Origin: Lingula anatina
Lineage: Eukaryota > Animalia > Brachiopoda
Direction: 5' to 3'
DNA length: 64,000 nt
Assembly: GCA_051362555.1 (NCBI GenBank)
Contig: CM120649.1
Span: forward strand, 3,472,001 to 3,536,000
Shown here: in pieces, positions 60,181 through 64,000 of the stretch
How the letters are laid out: each line of letters begins with the position of its first letter
How positions within the stretch are numbered: the stretch's first letter is position 1
Notes under the pieces: generated by a model
What the model saw: the letters and a program-made list of their open reading frames with translations, nothing else
What the model was told of the DNA's origin: nothing
Database searches by the model: none
Program-made: the position numbers and the translations under genes

Positions 60181-61426
60181 GAAAGAGGGAGGGAGAGAGA
60201 CACGGATAAAGGTAACGGGCCAAAAGAAAAGCAGAGGGGGGTATGGGAATGAGGAGAGAGGGGGAGAGGAAGGGGGATAAGTATACATTTGATCTTTATA
60301 GTATAACAGCTACAATGACAGGCATTTCCGACAACTGATGAATTTACTACATATGTAAGAACAAGGTATCTGGGTGCTTAAAATATATGACACGTGTTCA
60401 CCTCGATGTCAAATCTGCATACTTTCCGTTTGTCATTTCCATGCCAAATGATCGTTGTAAGATATGTAATTCACTGATAAAAATAAAGCGGATCAATTCT
60501 TTAACAGAATGAGCAATGCTGGTAGATAGCATTTATTTCTGCAAACTACAACACATTCTCTTAAAGAGATCCACAAGTACGCCAACAAAAGAGATTAATT
60601 CAGTCCCGTCTTCCTTTCGAAAGCATCCCACAAGCCTCGTGGAAAATTTCTGGTCATTTGGTACACCCAAAAGAAAATGCACAAAAGCCTTATTCACAAA
60701 CGACGAAAATGAAGAGATTGAAAAGCGGAAAAGTCTTTAAGTGATGACTCGATCCATGATGAATATATTAATTGAAAAAAAAGGCATGATAACCTTACCT
60801 TATTTCTTTAACAGCGAATAACTTTATCAAATTTCAACCACAATTCTTTCTGGCTATATCTCCTATCTAAATGCCTGGTCTACTCTCGAATTCGAATATA
60901 TCTATGTGTAACTAGTACCGCACAAAGCGCCATAGGTCTACAGTTTACGATGAAGTGCTTCGTGTAAAACTGGGTCTTCGATTATTTTCACCCTCACAGA
61001 TGCAATTGCTGGAGGCTAATGAAGAGCAAAAAGAGACAACTGAATACATATGTTGTTTATCACTCTGACACGAAAAAAGGAGGGCGAGGGGGGGTGATGC
61101 GGTTAACAGCGGAGGAATTTCCTGTGGCAACTAACATTTGGGACTTCATTTAGTCCCTGATTAAAAGGTTGCACCGCAAGTGGTTTGTTTTGCCAGAATT
61201 CTCAGATAAGAGAGTCAATCTTTCAAAGATTGACCTGTATGAATTCCGTAGCCGATCGCTGTAAAACAATGGTGTGGTCACGAGGAGTGTGTGGGGGGTG
61301 AGGGGTGGGGGTTGGGTGGGGTGGGGACTGCATAGTACCCTTTACTAGGGCCACAGTTTGATTTTTCACAAGATATTCACAGATAACTCTGGTTAAATTC
61401 ACAGTTATTCTCTGCACCTCAACTAA

Positions 61427-61642
61427 GACCCCATTTCCAGAGATTAGATCGATCTACTTTAGATCGACCTAACTCCCTGGGGGTTCACGCTAAATAGCTG
61501 TCAGCCGGGCGGACACGAAAGTTAATTACCCCCTTACAGCTTGTAGTAGGCGGGACGGACATTTAAGCCGGATTATCTGACAGTAATCTAGTGAGACTCC
61601 CCGAGGGGATAGATCGATCTAAAAGCTCTGGGAATACAGCCT
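61427..61642. mobile_element. Small palindromic MITE; related copies near 57920-58060 and 63520-63625
   Basis: Shared tagtgagactcccc, gatagatcgatcta, ttaattaccccc/ttaacag and atttaagccgg motifs. Confidence 0.55.
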
Positions 61643-62344
61643 AAAATGTCCAAATGATAAAAACTGTGGCCCCGGTAGAGGGTAGGTGTATAGCAGGTCC
61701 TTATCTTCAGAGATACGCACACCCCTCCGTCCTCCTATAATCTTAAAAAGTGAATAACGGCACAAATTCAAACAATTTTCCATTCCTTTGAATCACATAT
61801 TAGAACAGTTTAATTCTCCTCGTGTACATCTTTATGAACCCATTTAACATATATGGTCCCCTAGCCTGAAGCCAACTTCTGGATCCGTCAATGTATATTC
61901 CTAAGGACACCTAATTTCACCATTATATTTCTTTAAAAACCTTTTGACGAAAGTTAAAAAAAAAGTTTTTTCCTAGTTTCAGCACATGTTTCATCAATGA
62001 AACTAAGTTCATATGGGCAAATACTTAACCTGGAAGGTTGTCACTGATGAGTCGTCACTTTTTAAGAAGGACCAAGCCATCTGCTCGAATATTTACTGTC
62101 CTGTTCAGTTTCTCCAGTTTTCAATATCAATTAAAAGTCAAATTCTAGGTCATAGTAACAATGCCAATATATGACTTCTTATTAAAGTTCAAAAGTAAAT
62201 ATGGGTGTCAGTTTTGGTGATATAAAGGTCAGAACATTTGCAAAGTGCAGTTCACGATAAAATGTAGGTCAAGGTCAAATTCAAGGTCACCGGAAGATTG
62301 CTGATATATGATTGCCATTCAAGTTCAACAGTTCAACAAGTTCA

Positions 62345-63520
62345 CCAGAAAATTTTAAGAGACGTCCTCATAAACGCCATAACACCATATTTAATCAAAG
62401 CGTACTGTCATAATAAAGGAAAAAATAAGAGATAACCTTCATCCAAAAACGTAAAAAAGCATCATTCATAATCCATCATTTATTAATGTCCTTCAAATTT
62501 AATGGTGAAAAAATGAAAGCTAGCATTGTATTAATACTACATTCTGCATATAATTCATCCGTTTTTAAACAAGAAAAAATAATTTTTAACCAACTGGTCT
62601 TTCATTATTTCACTTCACGACGCTGCGTTTCTTTCGCAGATACTTGGACATTCTACTAAGAATTTCGGGGCATTAGTTGGGGAGAAACATGTAGTGCAAT
62701 CCCTGAAGAGCTGTGTGTACCAAATCACAACGCCAAACTATGGTTAGTGTTATGTTCACCCATTCCAGTACCAGTGGTCTTTCGCTCTCTATATGAGAAA
62801 ATTATTAAGTTATGCAGTTCATGGGGGGTCAATAAATACATAATAACGTCTACAGTTGGCAAAAAAAAAAGACTTTTTGTGTCTTTTATGTGAAAATTAC
62901 CAGCGTGTGAAGTGAAATCAAGTGCCAGCTTTTGGTATTTATTTATTTATTTATTTTGTTTATGAGATATGGACCCCTATTTACGATGTGCTGTTAAGCA
63001 AAGGCATAATCCCGACTCTTTACTGATAAAACCACGCTTTTCAGTACTTATTGTTATGATTAAATTGACGTTAAAACCGTGATGATAAATGTTGAGATGA
63101 GAGAGATCTGTTTGAAATCGCGATAATAGGGCCTACGTGACGGAAAATCACGGAGCAATTCTGTTGATATATAACTTTTGCAACTAGCTTAAACTGTTAC
63201 TGAACATGGACATTCGACTTCTGTCTACGTAAAGTCGACTGCGCTATATAGGTGACGTTTGACTTACGGTTGACGCCCAGTTAATGGAGCTGACCTTTTC
63301 TAGTGGGCTATTGTCGTTCCTGAGAGTAAAAAAAAAGTAGTTACTACAATCATTTATATGGGGCAAAGTAACAAGACCAATAAAAGAAACGATTAAAACA
63401 ATATTTATTCTCTGTGAAGCGCAACTTATTCTGCTAAGATTTATATCTTTCTTGGCTAAGACCGTTCCCCTCACTTTCTTGCACTTTAAACGTTATAAAG
63501 CAGATTCCAAGGCTAATTCT
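62345..63520 (+). repeat. Diverged collinear copy of 51190-51600 and 52750-53110
   Basis: Shared blocks such as gagataaccttca, cacgacgctgcg, caatccctgaagagc, aaagtcgact, tagtgggctattgtcgttcct and tttcttggctaagaccg. Confidence 0.85.
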
Positions 63521-64000
63521 AAGACTGGATTCCATGCCTAGATCTATCCATGCCTACATCGAATCAGCTAGAAGGTAAAGATAATTACTCCCTAACAGCT
63601 TTGCTAGGCGTCACAGACATTTAAGCCGGTGTGAACGGAATGCAGGTCCGCCCGGAACCGAGGTCTTACGGACCACCGTTCCTGAGGAATAGTAGTCCTA
63701 ATGGGACCTGCATTCCTGATATAATAAAGGGTAGGACTTCTATTCCTGGCGGACCTGCATTACTTTTACATTAGTCAACGGAATGGAGGTCCGCCCTATA
63801 ACTACATGTATGTCCGACCATTTAAAATAGCAACTAGTGGATAATGACTATTGGCAGTAATATTATTTATGTAGCCAAATGTTCACAAGCACAACGAAGC
63901 TCTGTTTTTGCTCCAAATTAAGTAAGATAAGTCCATATGACTGTAATTGTCATTTATTAATGACGAAAACTAATAAGATACAAAGTTACAAAACTGGGGA

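Overview
AT-rich, intron-containing invertebrate (metazoan) genomic DNA; the exact taxon cannot be determined from the window. The left ~37 kb holds two tandem + strand paralogues of an immune-type gene: N-cap ankyrin exon, an array of single-repeat 99-bp phase-0 ankyrin exons, C-cap exon, death-fold-like exon, linker exon, TIR exon and coiled-coil exon. Copy A (5' end outside the window, ends at 7407) has lost most of its linker exon and has a frameshifted TIR exon. Copy B (16592-37166) can be spliced into an intact frame. The ankyrin exons lie in tandem exon+intron units. The introns and framework codons are nearly identical, while a few ligand-facing codons are hypervariable, which suggests a DARPin-like variable receptor built by exon duplication and recombination. 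Copy B also carries a full-length L1/Tx1-type LINE nested in a TTAA-type MITE, and a 3.7-kb near-perfect tandem duplication. Further right are two secreted Ly6/three-finger paralogues with RHKR-separated Cys tails, a Tc1 remnant, and a 7-exon minus-strand GT7 (beta-1,4-Gal/GalNAc transferase) gene with an in-frame TGA. Nested MITEs and microsatellites are scattered throughout. All exon models were read by eye from splice signals and homology; none is supported by transcript data.
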